From a virus, in IMG/VR virus record IMGVR_UViG_3300001202_000005, positions 1-40,646 of that record: 40,646 nucleotides of DNA; one strand, given 5' to 3'. Positions 25,139 to 33,385 of the stretch are shown piece by piece; position 1 is the stretch's first letter; each line of letters begins with the position of its first letter. Under the pieces are notes generated by a model that saw only the letters and a program-made list of their open reading frames with translations, was not told the DNA's origin and did no database searches. The translations under genes were made by a program, and so were the position numbers.

Positions 25139-26793
25139 TGGCAATTATATTTAATAATGGAAATAATAGTTCTGGGGGAAGCGGCTTAGATCCTCAAACA
25201 GCCGTCAATACAACTGACATAGCTACTAACACTAGTAATATATCTACTAACTCTGCTGCAATAGAGGCTACAGGTCACAATATTAGTTTAAATGGTGCAA
25301 ACACCCTAGAATTACAGGATAGTGAGGGATCTGTTTTAGGGACTGTAGATCTTACTCCTTTTGCTGCAGATGTAATGTTAACTTCTAGTTCTTTTGATGT
25401 ATCTACTAATATACTTACTTTAACTTTAAGTGATAATAATGTTATTCCTGTAGATTTAAGTTCTTTAGGAAACGTAAATGTTGTTAGTGGTTCTATTTTA
25501 GGTAGGTGGTTAAGTTTATTTCTTAACGATACTGCTGGGACTGAAATACAGATTGACTTAACTAATTTATCTGATTCCCCTCAAGTACTTACAAATACTA
25601 ATAATATAGCTATTGTATTCGGTAATGCAGCCAATAATCTAAACGCTATTAATGCTTTAGCAGATGTAGCATCTACTGGTAGTTTTAATGATTTAATAGA
25701 TGTCCCTGATTCAGATGGTTTAGCTGTTTCTGATCAATTTTCTATATCTGATAATAATGCACTTGTATTAGTAGGGACAGAATATGAGCCTATTGAACTA
25801 AGTGGTGAAATAACTAGAGTTTTAGAAAATATAACTCAGACAGATCTATTGTCTTGGACACAGACTCAAATGGTAGGTAATATTCAAGAAAGAAATGGTT
25901 TAGGAGAGTTAGACGGTGAAGGGAATTCTACATGGCTTTTAAATGGCGGTCAAATAATAGATTTACTAGATTCTAATTTAAGCAATAGTGTAAATGCATT
26001 AGATGCTTCTAGGACATATGAAATAACTTATTATTTAAATAAATCTTCTGGTTCTACTGCATTTATGGGAGTTACTAACAATGATGTTGACCCAGATCTA
26101 GATAGTGATGTAATTACATTAAATCAAACTACAGGTATAGTTACTAGGACAACTACTTCAGCATCTCCTTTATTTGATTCTTATATAGTAGAAGATCAGA
26201 CAGATAATTTTAAAATAACATTAACAGGTGTTATTATAACTCCAGCAGTTACACATGCTTTATTGGAGCCTGTAGCCGGGACCCCTTTTGTATCTAGACC
26301 CTATATAGGAGGTAGATTACAACAAGTTATAGAATCTACTGCTTCTCAAATGGGTGCAAAATATACAGCCCGATACCTTGTAGATAGGAGTATTACTACT
26401 TTACAACCTAATAGTTTTACTAATGTGAACTTAGATCCTGCAAGTACGGTATTGACTCCGTCTACTGCTGTTCCTAGCTTTACTATAAGTACATCTACTA
26501 TAAATTTCACAAGAGAAGCTGTGGTAGCAGGTTACTTTAATTTTAGACTTAGAAATACTACAGTAGGTACTACAGGTGACTTGCAGATGACAGTTACTCA
26601 TAGAGATGCTAACAATCAAATTGTTGCTACTTTTAGAGGTGAACAATCAGATGCTTATGTTAATGGAGATAGAATAAATCTTTATGCTTTTGTACAGCCT
26701 GGAGATAGGTTTATTGTTCAGGGTTTCCAAACTACTGCTACTGCTAGAGATATAGACTTTAGTGATATGGTATTGTGGGTAGAGGAAATCTAA
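25138..26793 (+). CDS. tail fibre protein (551 aa)
   Basis: The N-terminal VNTTDIATNTSNISTNSAAI module is shared with 10615 and 12132. STGSFNDLIDVPD resembles the common fibre motif (g.Y.dL.nkP). Confidence 0.7.
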   Translation: MAIIFNNGNNSSGGSGLDPQTAVNTTDIATNTSNISTNSAAIEATGHNISLNGANTLELQDSEGSVLGTVDLTPFAADVMLTSSSFDVSTNILTLTLSDNNVIPVDLSSLGNVNVVSGSILGRWLSLFLNDTAGTEIQIDLTNLSDSPQVLTNTNNIAIVFGNAANNLNAINALADVASTGSFNDLIDVPDSDGLAVSDQFSISDNNALVLVGTEYEPIELSGEITRVLENITQTDLLSWTQTQMVGNIQERNGLGELDGEGNSTWLLNGGQIIDLLDSNLSNSVNALDASRTYEITYYLNKSSGSTAFMGVTNNDVDPDLDSDVITLNQTTGIVTRTTTSASPLFDSYIVEDQTDNFKITLTGVIITPAVTHALLEPVAGTPFVSRPYIGGRLQQVIESTASQMGAKYTARYLVDRSITTLQPNSFTNVNLDPASTVLTPSTAVPSFTISTSTINFTREAVVAGYFNFRLRNTTVGTTGDLQMTVTHRDANNQIVATFRGEQSDAYVNGDRINLYAFVQPGDRFIVQGFQTTATARDIDFSDMVLWVEEI

Positions 26794-26794
26794 T

Positions 26795-27262
26795 ATGGGA
26801 ATATTTAATTTTATAGGATCTATATTTAAACCTGTTACCGAATTAGTAGATGATTTACATACTAGTGAAGAAGAAAAATTAAAGCTTAGAAATGAATTAG
26901 CTAAGTTACAATTTGATATGCAGAAACAAATATTAGAGCATGAAACTAAATTAATGGTTAAACAGGCTGATATAGTTAAAGCTGAAGCTAGTAGTAAAAA
27001 TTGGTTAACATCTTCATGGAGACCTATTTTAATGCTAACTTTTGCTAGTTTAATAGTGGCTCGCTGGTTTGGGTTAACATCAAATGAAATCACACCTGAA
27101 CTAGAGAAGGAATTATTTACTATAGTGAAATACGGTATCGGTGGTTATATTGGCGCCCGAAGTGGGGAAAAGATAGTAGATAAAGTAATGGATAAAAGGC
27201 AGTCTATTGAAAAGACTACCCAATCTATCCTTAGTAAAGCTACAAAACGAACAAGAAAATAA
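26795..27262 (+). CDS. holin, GTA-type 3-TM family (DUF3154-like)
   Basis: The N-terminus GSIFKPVTELVDDLHTSEEEK followed by ...SSWRPILM matches the remembered family signature (iDdlhTSdEE ... WRP). Last gene of the late block. Confidence 0.6.
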   Translation: MGIFNFIGSIFKPVTELVDDLHTSEEEKLKLRNELAKLQFDMQKQILEHETKLMVKQADIVKAEASSKNWLTSSWRPILMLTFASLIVARWFGLTSNEITPELEKELFTIVKYGIGGYIGARSGEKIVDKVMDKRQSIEKTTQSILSKATKRTRK

Positions 27263-27266
27263 ACAG

Positions 27267-27308
27267 TTTAGATATAAGTTTAATTGCTTTTTTTAATCTA
27301 TATCTAAA
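27267..27308. terminator. 10-bp perfect inverted repeat at the convergent junction (candidate bidirectional terminator)
   Basis: TTTAGATATA (27267-27276) and TATATCTAAA (27299-27308) with a 22-nt loop containing GCTTTTTTT. Lies between the converging late and early/middle blocks. The long loop and A/T-rich stem lower confidence. Confidence 0.35.
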
Positions 27309-27399
27309 AGGAAGTGGAGGAGGGGTAGATTCTCTCTCTTCTACTAGTTCCTTAAATCTAATTAATTGTTTTGAATTTAGTAATATACATCTCATTTTT

Positions 27400-27630
27400 T
27401 TATCCATTCTTTAATATTTTATCATTATATTTTGTTTTGTCAATTTTTTCTTCGTCTAAAACACTGTATAATTGTTCTTTATATTTCATTATTGCTTTTA
27501 TAATAAAGTAATTTCTGTTACCCATATAATTAAGTTTAGCATGTAATTTATCTGTCTCTATATCTATTGTTTCTCTCTGACATTCAGATAATCCCGTATA
27601 AAACATTCTAGCCTCGTTTACTGTAATCAT
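27400..27630 (-). CDS. hypothetical protein (76 aa from ATG 27630)
   Basis: GGGAGGG SD lies 8 nt before ATG 27630. The track's GTG 27657 start would overlap the small TM ORF. Confidence 0.7.
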   Translation of the reverse strand: MITVNEARMFYTGLSECQRETIDIETDKLHAKLNYMGNRNYFIIKAIMKYKEQLYSVLDEEKIDKTKYNDKILKNG

Positions 27631-27758
27631 TACAAATACCCTCCCTTCATTATCCACTTAATAAAATGAACCATCACTATAAATAATAGACATATTCCGA
27701 CAAATGTCATACATACAACTATTAAATACATAAATAATTCTACAATTGTTTTAATCAT
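27630..27758 (-). CDS. 42-aa single-TM protein downstream of the endolysin (holin/antiholin/spanin-type candidate)
   Basis: Translation: MIKTIVELFMYLIVVCMTFVGICLLFIVMVHFIKWIMKGGYL. The ATG lies inside the endolysin stop region and the stop is TAATG-coupled to the next gene. Below the track cutoff. Confidence 0.55.
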   Translation of the reverse strand: MIKTIVELFMYLIVVCMTFVGICLLFIVMVHFIKWIMKGGYL

Positions 27759-28182
27759 TTTTACTACCTTTTTTTAACTCTAAATGCGGTCCATCAAAAA
27801 ATGTATGATCTTTAATTTCACCGTCTGAGTCCCAATCTACACCATTCCTAATTACATGATCAATATCTCCAATAACATGAAGCATATGTGCCACACCTTT
27901 AGCTATACCTTGATAGTATGTAAATCTAGCTGTATCTGACCAATCTCCATTTGGATATGGAAAAATATCTACAGCCTCAGATAGACCGTCTTTATTAGGT
28001 AGATGTTTAGAATTCATTGTTTTACTTAGTCCTTTACTAACATATTCTCTTTGCCTTTCCTTAGTTCGGACACCTTCAATAATACTGAAGTCAACTATAT
28101 CTAGCATATAATCTAGGATTAATTGTAAATCTGGATGTAATGTGTCGTATCTTTCTTGACTTCTTTTACTTAGTTTATTCAT
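27751..28182 (-). CDS. endolysin, peptidase M15 (VanY / L-alanyl-D-glutamate peptidase-like)
   Basis: Motifs DFSIIEGVRTKERQ, SKHL...AVDI (His/Asp Zn ligands) and DGPHLEL (third ligand) are typical of M15 phage lysins. Confidence 0.8.
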   Translation of the reverse strand: MNKLSKRSQERYDTLHPDLQLILDYMLDIVDFSIIEGVRTKERQREYVSKGLSKTMNSKHLPNKDGLSEAVDIFPYPNGDWSDTARFTYYQGIAKGVAHMLHVIGDIDHVIRNGVDWDSDGEIKDHTFFDGPHLELKKGSKND

Positions 28183-28190
28183 TCTAACTC

Positions 28191-28391
28191 CTAACTTAAT
28201 ATTTTTGGTTTGTCTAGTTCTTGTTTTAGTTTAAACATTACTGATTCTACTATATCAAAATGTTTCATAGCTTCCTCTAACATTTTACCTTCTAAGGACT
28301 GTTCTACAGAATCTTTAAAAAATAAAACGTAACCTTTTAAACCATCTATTGTCTCTTCTATCTCTTCTTGACTTAGCTCACTAATGTTCAT
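28191..28391 (-). CDS. hypothetical protein (66 aa)
   Basis: GGAGG SD. Acidic helical protein. Confidence 0.75.
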   Translation of the reverse strand: MNISELSQEEIEETIDGLKGYVLFFKDSVEQSLEGKMLEEAMKHFDIVESVMFKLKQELDKPKILS

Positions 28392-28641
28392 TTTGCCTCC
28401 TTTTTAGTTTCTTCAATTTCTTTTCTCTTTTTCTTATTTCCTTTCCTAATCTTTTTGATTCTTCTCTTACTCTTTTTAAGTCATTTACGTCACCTAATTT
28501 AGCCTCCATTCGGTTTCCCATACTCTGGGCTTCCTCTATTAGCCCCGCTAAGGCGTTATAATTTTTAGTTTCATCTAGTTTCCTCATTTCCTCTAATACA
28601 TCGCATAAAGTTCTGTTTAAATACAATCCTAATCTATACAT
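28381..28641 (-). CDS. hypothetical protein (86 aa, basic C-terminus)
   Basis: GGAG SD. Overlaps its neighbours. Confidence 0.75.
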   Translation of the reverse strand: MYRLGLYLNRTLCDVLEEMRKLDETKNYNALAGLIEEAQSMGNRMEAKLGDVNDLKRVREESKRLGKEIRKREKKLKKLKRRQNEH

Positions 28642-28858
28642 CTTTTAAACTCCTTAGTGTATTTTTAAAACACTTACTACATATATATTCCTCTTCTAAC
28701 ATTAACTTACCTTCAAATTGAAAACCTACTGATTTAAGAAAATACTCAAATTCTTGTAGTACTTCTACTAAAGAATCTGTTGTAAACTCTTTAGTTGAAA
28801 CCTTGTTGAAATCCCCATACCAATCCATGTCGTGTACAAATTTATAATTATTTTTCAT
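28634..28858 (-). CDS. hypothetical protein (74 aa)
   Basis: GGAGGG SD. ATGA overlap with the CYTH gene. Confidence 0.75.
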   Translation of the reverse strand: MKNNYKFVHDMDWYGDFNKVSTKEFTTDSLVEVLQEFEYFLKSVGFQFEGKLMLEEEYICSKCFKNTLRSLKDV

Positions 28859-29427
28859 TGATCCCTCCTATATATTTCATATAATGATTTGTTTAATCTA
28901 TTTCTATAAGTAATACCTAATGGTTCTAATATTTCCTTTTCTACGTCTCTCATTATTTGTAAAGACTCTTCAATACCTACTCTTTCTATTTCCTCTTCTT
29001 TAAATTCGATCTCAATATATCTACCGATTTCCTCCATGTTGGTATTATATACCGTGTAGTAAACAGTATTAAAAAGATCATAATTGTAAATAGCACAATA
29101 CTTATTGATAGTAAAGTTGTGTATAAATCCGAGATCAGTACAGAGATTGCTGATTGCATTTTCTTGTTCTCCTTGTAAAGAAATATTTATTTCCCTACGG
29201 TTAATATTATTAGTTCCTTGTTTCGTTTTTAATGTAAGCTCTGGTCGGGATCCCTTCCTAAGTCTTAAAAAAGTATCTGTTCCATTACTATAATAAATGT
29301 CCCAACTAGATACTTCAATTTTCTCAAAACTAGGTGCATATTTAATCATTGCATCGTCGAAATCAGTTAGGGTAACATTATCCGCTCTATACTTAAATTC
29401 AATCTCTCTAAATTCTAGATGCTCCAT
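28855..29427 (-). CDS. CYTH-domain (triphosphate tunnel metalloenzyme / CyaB-like) protein
   Basis: N-terminal ExExK (EIEFKY). Also DIYYSNGTDTFLRLRKG, ELTLKTK....RREINIS and the C-terminal IGRYIEIEF. All are in the order expected for CYTH strands. Confidence 0.7.
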   Translation of the reverse strand: MEHLEFREIEFKYRADNVTLTDFDDAMIKYAPSFEKIEVSSWDIYYSNGTDTFLRLRKGSRPELTLKTKQGTNNINRREINISLQGEQENAISNLCTDLGFIHNFTINKYCAIYNYDLFNTVYYTVYNTNMEEIGRYIEIEFKEEEIERVGIEESLQIMRDVEKEILEPLGITYRNRLNKSLYEIYRRDQ

Positions 29428-30008
29428 ATTTTTCTCTTTGTTAGTTTTTGTTCTATATCTTTAAAATATAAAGCGTGCTTACTATGCCTAAACATAGGGA
29501 CTTTGCACTCGTCTAATAAATCATTGTCTATAATATCTTTACATTTTACAACACCTAATATTTCAACTTCTAAGCCGTCTACTTTAGTAAATACGAAATA
29601 GTCATAATCACTAGGTTCTTGTGTTATTTTATCAGACTTCTGTAGTAACCACGAATTGCCGTATTTCTTAGCCGAACTTACGCCTTGAGATTTAACATGT
29701 ATATTTAACTTTTGTTTGTCTTTAAAATCGTCGTCACATGTTTTTACATCTTTAACAATTAAGTCAGCATCAAATGATTTCTTTCTACCTTTATATATTT
29801 TAAGATCTGGTCTACTGCAATTATGTAATTTAGATCTAATATATTTAGCAGCACCATATTCTCCTACTGTCCCAATAATAATATCTTCTAACATTTTATT
29901 TACTTTTAGCTCCCCTCGTCTACGGTACAAGTCTTCGGATAAACCAATTCTTTGTTCCGCAAACTGCCTAGCTTTTTCATACTGTTCTTTAGTAATTTTA
30001 ATCTTCAT
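29415..30008 (-). CDS. hypothetical protein, possible PD-(D/E)xK nuclease fold (197 aa)
   Basis: GTVGEYGAAKYI ... FDADLIV ... NIHVKSQ resembles an E...D...(E/Q/H)xK arrangement. This is a weak call by eye. The ORF overlaps the CYTH start by 13 nt. Confidence 0.3.
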   Translation of the reverse strand: MKIKITKEQYEKARQFAEQRIGLSEDLYRRRGELKVNKMLEDIIIGTVGEYGAAKYIRSKLHNCSRPDLKIYKGRKKSFDADLIVKDVKTCDDDFKDKQKLNIHVKSQGVSSAKKYGNSWLLQKSDKITQEPSDYDYFVFTKVDGLEVEILGVVKCKDIIDNDLLDECKVPMFRHSKHALYFKDIEQKLTKRKIWSI

Positions 30009-30181
30009 TCAACTTCCTTTTTACATTCTGGGTTATCACATTTTATATCGCAAAAGTCACACAAATTCCTTAAAGTTTCTTCATGTAATGCAAAAAATAC
30101 ATCAAGATATTCTACGAAATTGAAATGACCAGATTTTCTAAAATTCAGATATAGTTCCGAATTGCTTACATCTTTCTTCAT
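30005..30181 (-). CDS. small Cys-rich protein (58 aa from ATG 30181)
   Basis: GAGGGAG SD lies 7 nt upstream of the internal ATG. Has a CDFCDIKCDNPEC cluster. The track's longer form (to 30244) lacks an SD. Confidence 0.6.
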   Translation of the reverse strand: MKKDVSNSELYLNFRKSGHFNFVEYLDVFFALHEETLRNLCDFCDIKCDNPECKKEVE

Positions 30182-30341
30182 AGCTAACTCCCTCGTTGAG
30201 GGCTTTACGTTTCTTTTTAATAATTTCTTGTCTTTCTTTTTCATCCTTAGCCCTTTCTCTGTCTATTCTACCGCATTTGCATCCGTAAGCCATCATTTTT
30301 TCTATAGTACAAATACATTCTTCTCCTAGTTCCTCACTCAT
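30138..30341 (-). CDS. small Cys-rich protein (67 aa)
   Basis: CICTIEKMMAYGCKCG cluster. ATGA-coupled to the upstream small TM ORF. Confidence 0.65.
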   Translation of the reverse strand: MSEELGEECICTIEKMMAYGCKCGRIDRERAKDEKERQEIIKKKRKALNEGVSYEERCKQFGTISEF

Positions 30342-30493
30342 TTAATTTTAACCATAAATGAATAAGAAAATAAAGCTAAGGCAAGTACTTGATACATAAC
30401 CCTAGCTTCTATATCGTGTTCGGAAAAGGAGTAACCTAAACACAAATATCCTAATATTGTAAAAATTGTTTGTTCAATTAATCTATTTTTCAT
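30338..30493 (-). CDS. small 2-TM membrane protein (51 aa, below the track cutoff)
   Basis: Translation: MKNRLIEQTIFTILGYLCLGYSFSEHDIEARVMYQVLALALFSYSFMVKIK. It fills the 30341..30483 gap, with overlaps at both ends. Confidence 0.55.
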   Translation of the reverse strand: MKNRLIEQTIFTILGYLCLGYSFSEHDIEARVMYQVLALALFSYSFMVKIK

Positions 30494-30644
30494 TTCTTAT
30501 CCTTATTTCTAATATACTAAAATGTAAGATAAATATTATTGTAGTTAATAATGCACTATACAGGTCTCCTCTTATAATAAAACCTGTTAATATAAAGCCT
30601 ATAAGACTACTTATTATTATATTAAATATATCTATTTTTTTCAT
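30483..30644 (-). CDS. small 2-TM membrane protein (53 aa from ATG 30644)
   Basis: AGGAGATATATG start lies 7 nt after the polymerase stop. Hydrophobic IIISSLIGFILTGFII and LLTTIIFILHFSIL segments. Confidence 0.65.
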   Translation of the reverse strand: MKKIDIFNIIISSLIGFILTGFIIRGDLYSALLTTIIFILHFSILEIRIRNEK

Positions 30645-30651
30645 ATATCTC

Positions 30652-32532
30652 CTATTTCTTATATACTTTTGATATCTCATATTCTACTCCTATATGTACA
30701 TCTGGAGTAACTTCTTTCATAGAGTCTACCATAATTTTCTCTAAAAGTAAAGCTTTTTCTTTAGCATCTTTTTCATCTACTTCAATCACTAGTTCATCAT
30801 GAACAAAAGCAACAACCTTTAAGCCTGCTTTTTCAGCATTATATAGAGCTAGTTTGGCTCCATCTGATGCTAGTCCTTGAAAGGGGGGGTTTTTTTCAGC
30901 ACAGAAAGTAGTATTTCCTCTCATTCTGCCTGTTAAAGTAGTTACTTGTCCTAAAGCATCTTTCATATATGGTTCCATTTCTGGGAAAGCCGAAAACCAC
31001 GCATCTTTCATTTCTGCTGCTTCATCATCTGTAAGTGTCAAATCATATCCTTTTGCGAAGGTAATGAATGTTTTTAATCCTAGTCCTCCAGGGAACCCAA
31101 AATTGGCTGCCTTAGCAGATTGTCTTTCACCTTTATTTATATCTTTTATATCTTTACTGTATAATACTGAAGCATAATATTTATGTAAATCCTCACCTTC
31201 ATTAATTCTATCTTTCATTACAGATTCGCCGTATTTAGTAAAACATACTTGAGCTAGTGTTGCTAGTTCTAGTGCTGCATAGTCTGCAATAACTAAGGTT
31301 TTATTTTCGGGTGCCTGAAATACTTCTCTAATTCCGCCTTCTCTAGGTAATTGCTGCACATTTGGTTTAGAGCATGAAGTTCTGCCTGTATTCATAATAG
31401 TATTATATCTAGGGTGTACTCGAGTTTGACCTACTAGTGGCTTTAAAAAACTAGTTAATTTCTCTAATTTATGATATCTAACGTAATCTTTTATAAATTC
31501 AATATGTTGGTAAGGCTCTAAATCTTCTGCTTTAGAACTAACAGGAGTATTATTCATAAAGTTATTTTTTAATTCTTCTTTTCTTTTATTTAATTCAAAA
31601 ACTCTATCAGACCATTTATCTAATGATTCATTCTTTTTTTGTTTTTCTAATTTACTAAAATGTTCTTCAAATTCTTTTTCAGATGCGTCTCTTGTTTTAG
31701 GTAATAAATCATATATACCTAATGTTTTACACGCTGCTTCGAAAGCTTCGTTACAGCCTTTCATTCCTCTAACCCAGCCCCAATTTCCTAATCTATAACT
31801 AAGTTCTTTAAGTTGATCATTAAATTTATTTAGTTTTTCTTCTGTTAGCTTAGGGTTCGTTCCGATGCCTCGTTTATATATACGAGAAAGAGCAAGATCG
31901 CCTTTAACTTGTATACGCATTGAGAGGAGGGTTTTCATGCATATAGGTTCTCTAGGTATCTTACTCTTTAACGTATTATATAGAAAATATGTAGCGGCAA
32001 CGTCCTTGGCTCCATATGCTAACACATCTTCTGGTATATCTTTAAAATCTTTATTTTCGTATTTTCCCCATTCCATTCTTAAATGTTCGTCTTTATCTAA
32101 TTCTTCAAATAATAATTCTTTAGTACATAAAGCTAAATTATATCTTCTAGGAACATATCCTAACTGCGATAATTTAACTAATCTATATAATAAAGCTGTA
32201 TCTGCTATTTTTTCATTGTCAATCATATTGAAGAAAAAGTCAGAATCTCCTACTAATTTACAAATAACATCGCAATCAAAAGGAAAATTATGAAATACTA
32301 ATTCTGTATCTTTATGTAATATTAAAAAATCCTGAACTTGGTAAGGATATAGGTAATATGCTGTCTTTCCATCAAATACTTGAAATGTAACTATATCAGG
32401 TGTTTCTGTCCATTCGTCTACTAAGTGTGTTTCTGTATCTACTGCTAGGTAGCCGTATGTGGGTTCCAATTCTTGCCCTTCCCATATATTTACTTTGTAT
32501 TCTGTTGCTATGAATTGAAAAGATGTTAACAT
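30652..32532 (-). CDS. family A DNA polymerase with 3'-5' exonuclease domain
   Basis: Exo I AVDTETH, Exo II HNFPFDCDV, Exo III YGAKDVAAT. Pol motif A VIADYAALELA, motif B RQSAKAANFGFPGG, motif C AFVHDELV. GGAGGTAATATG start. Confidence 0.95.
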   Translation of the reverse strand: MLTSFQFIATEYKVNIWEGQELEPTYGYLAVDTETHLVDEWTETPDIVTFQVFDGKTAYYLYPYQVQDFLILHKDTELVFHNFPFDCDVICKLVGDSDFFFNMIDNEKIADTALLYRLVKLSQLGYVPRRYNLALCTKELLFEELDKDEHLRMEWGKYENKDFKDIPEDVLAYGAKDVAATYFLYNTLKSKIPREPICMKTLLSMRIQVKGDLALSRIYKRGIGTNPKLTEEKLNKFNDQLKELSYRLGNWGWVRGMKGCNEAFEAACKTLGIYDLLPKTRDASEKEFEEHFSKLEKQKKNESLDKWSDRVFELNKRKEELKNNFMNNTPVSSKAEDLEPYQHIEFIKDYVRYHKLEKLTSFLKPLVGQTRVHPRYNTIMNTGRTSCSKPNVQQLPREGGIREVFQAPENKTLVIADYAALELATLAQVCFTKYGESVMKDRINEGEDLHKYYASVLYSKDIKDINKGERQSAKAANFGFPGGLGLKTFITFAKGYDLTLTDDEAAEMKDAWFSAFPEMEPYMKDALGQVTTLTGRMRGNTTFCAEKNPPFQGLASDGAKLALYNAEKAGLKVVAFVHDELVIEVDEKDAKEKALLLEKIMVDSMKEVTPDVHIGVEYEISKVYKK

Positions 32533-32602
32533 ATTACCTCCATAAATGCTAAAGTTTAGGTAGTTTTAAGACATACCTAGGTCTAGATTCTAGATCAACT
32601 CC

Positions 32603-32998
32603 TTAGAATGCTTTTTTAAAGTTTGAAGCCTTATTTCGGTCTCCATACTGTGGGTTATTTGACTCTTGTGTATAAACAAAAGCTGTAATTTCTTTATCAA
32701 GAATAAGATCTTGTAGTTCCATATAGTCGCCATTTAGATCTCCAAGACCAGAATTACCAGTAGCTTTTAATAATTTATCTACTGCTTCTGTTCCGATTTC
32801 TACAGCCTTAGTAGAGGTTGGGTGTTTAATAATATAGTTGTCCCATACTTTGTCACCTTCCCTATCTCCTTTTACTACTGTGAATTCTGTCTTAGCCATT
32901 ACACAACCTTTAACGTTTTTAGAAGGTGCGATAGTTAGTCCTGTTACCTTTACGTTGTAGTTACCTTTGTCTAATAATTTAAATTCTTTTCTTGCCAT
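32603..32998 (-). CDS. putative ssDNA-binding protein (DUF669-like)
   Basis: 131 aa. The N-terminal F.LLDKGNYNVKV..........G pattern and the position next to the polymerase resemble the phage DUF669 family. Based on memory only. Confidence 0.4.
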   Translation of the reverse strand: MARKEFKLLDKGNYNVKVTGLTIAPSKNVKGCVMAKTEFTVVKGDREGDKVWDNYIIKHPTSTKAVEIGTEAVDKLLKATGNSGLGDLNGDYMELQDLILDKEITAFVYTQESNNPQYGDRNKASNFKKAF

Positions 32999-33009
32999 TT
33001 TTATTTCTC

Positions 33010-33195
33010 CTAGTTTAGTTTATTTAGGGTGTTGTTACCCATTAATTCACCTAATGTTTCTAAGTAAATCTCAATTGCTGACTCGACGAGTATTATTGTA
33101 TTGACTTGCTCCTCTGGGTTTAAGTCCTTAAATTGTTCGAGTTCTGTTAATTTCAATTTAGTTTTTAACATAGCTGTATTATTTTTTAGTTCCAA
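33010..33195 (-). CDS. hypothetical protein (61 aa; TTG start, alternative ATG 33171)
   Basis: Co-directional ORF with an ambiguous start. Confidence 0.55.
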   Translation of the reverse strand: MELKNNTAMLKTKLKLTELEQFKDLNPEEQVNTIILVESAIEIYLETLGELMGNNTLNKLN

Positions 33196-33385
33196 ATTCT
33201 TCCTCTAGTTCTCTCATTATATTATGTAAATCGTAATTAATAAGCATTAGAACATCTTCTATACCTTCTTTTTTACCTCTAAGACTATGTGTGTCTGATT
33301 TAACTTTAATGTGATTACTTAATACATAATTTATAGTATCTAGCCTTTCTTCTAAAATACCCTTTATTCTAAGTAATTCATTCAT
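33179..33385 (-). CDS. hypothetical protein (68 aa)
   Basis: AGGAGAATTATAATG start, TAATG-coupled. Confidence 0.75.
   Translation of the reverse strand: MNELLRIKGILEERLDTINYVLSNHIKVKSDTHSLRGKKEGIEDVLMLINYDLHNIMRELEEEFGTKK

Noticed and set aside
30138-30244. Two Cys-rich ORFs overlap by 107 nt in different frames near a GAAAAAG run. This suggested a programmed frameshift fusing them.
   Set aside because: The run does not form a canonical X XXY YYZ slippery heptamer in the upstream frame. An internal ATG at 30181 with a good GAGGGAG SD gives an ordinary 44-nt overlap, so two separate small genes is the simpler reading.
32533-32602. Short palindromes (TCTAGAATCTAGA, TAGGTA..TACCTA) between the SSB-like gene and the polymerase gene, as a possible terminator.
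   Set aside because: The stems are only 5-6 bp, no U-tract follows on the transcribed strand, and the polymerase must be expressed from the same operon. At most this is a weak attenuator, which I cannot support from sequence alone.
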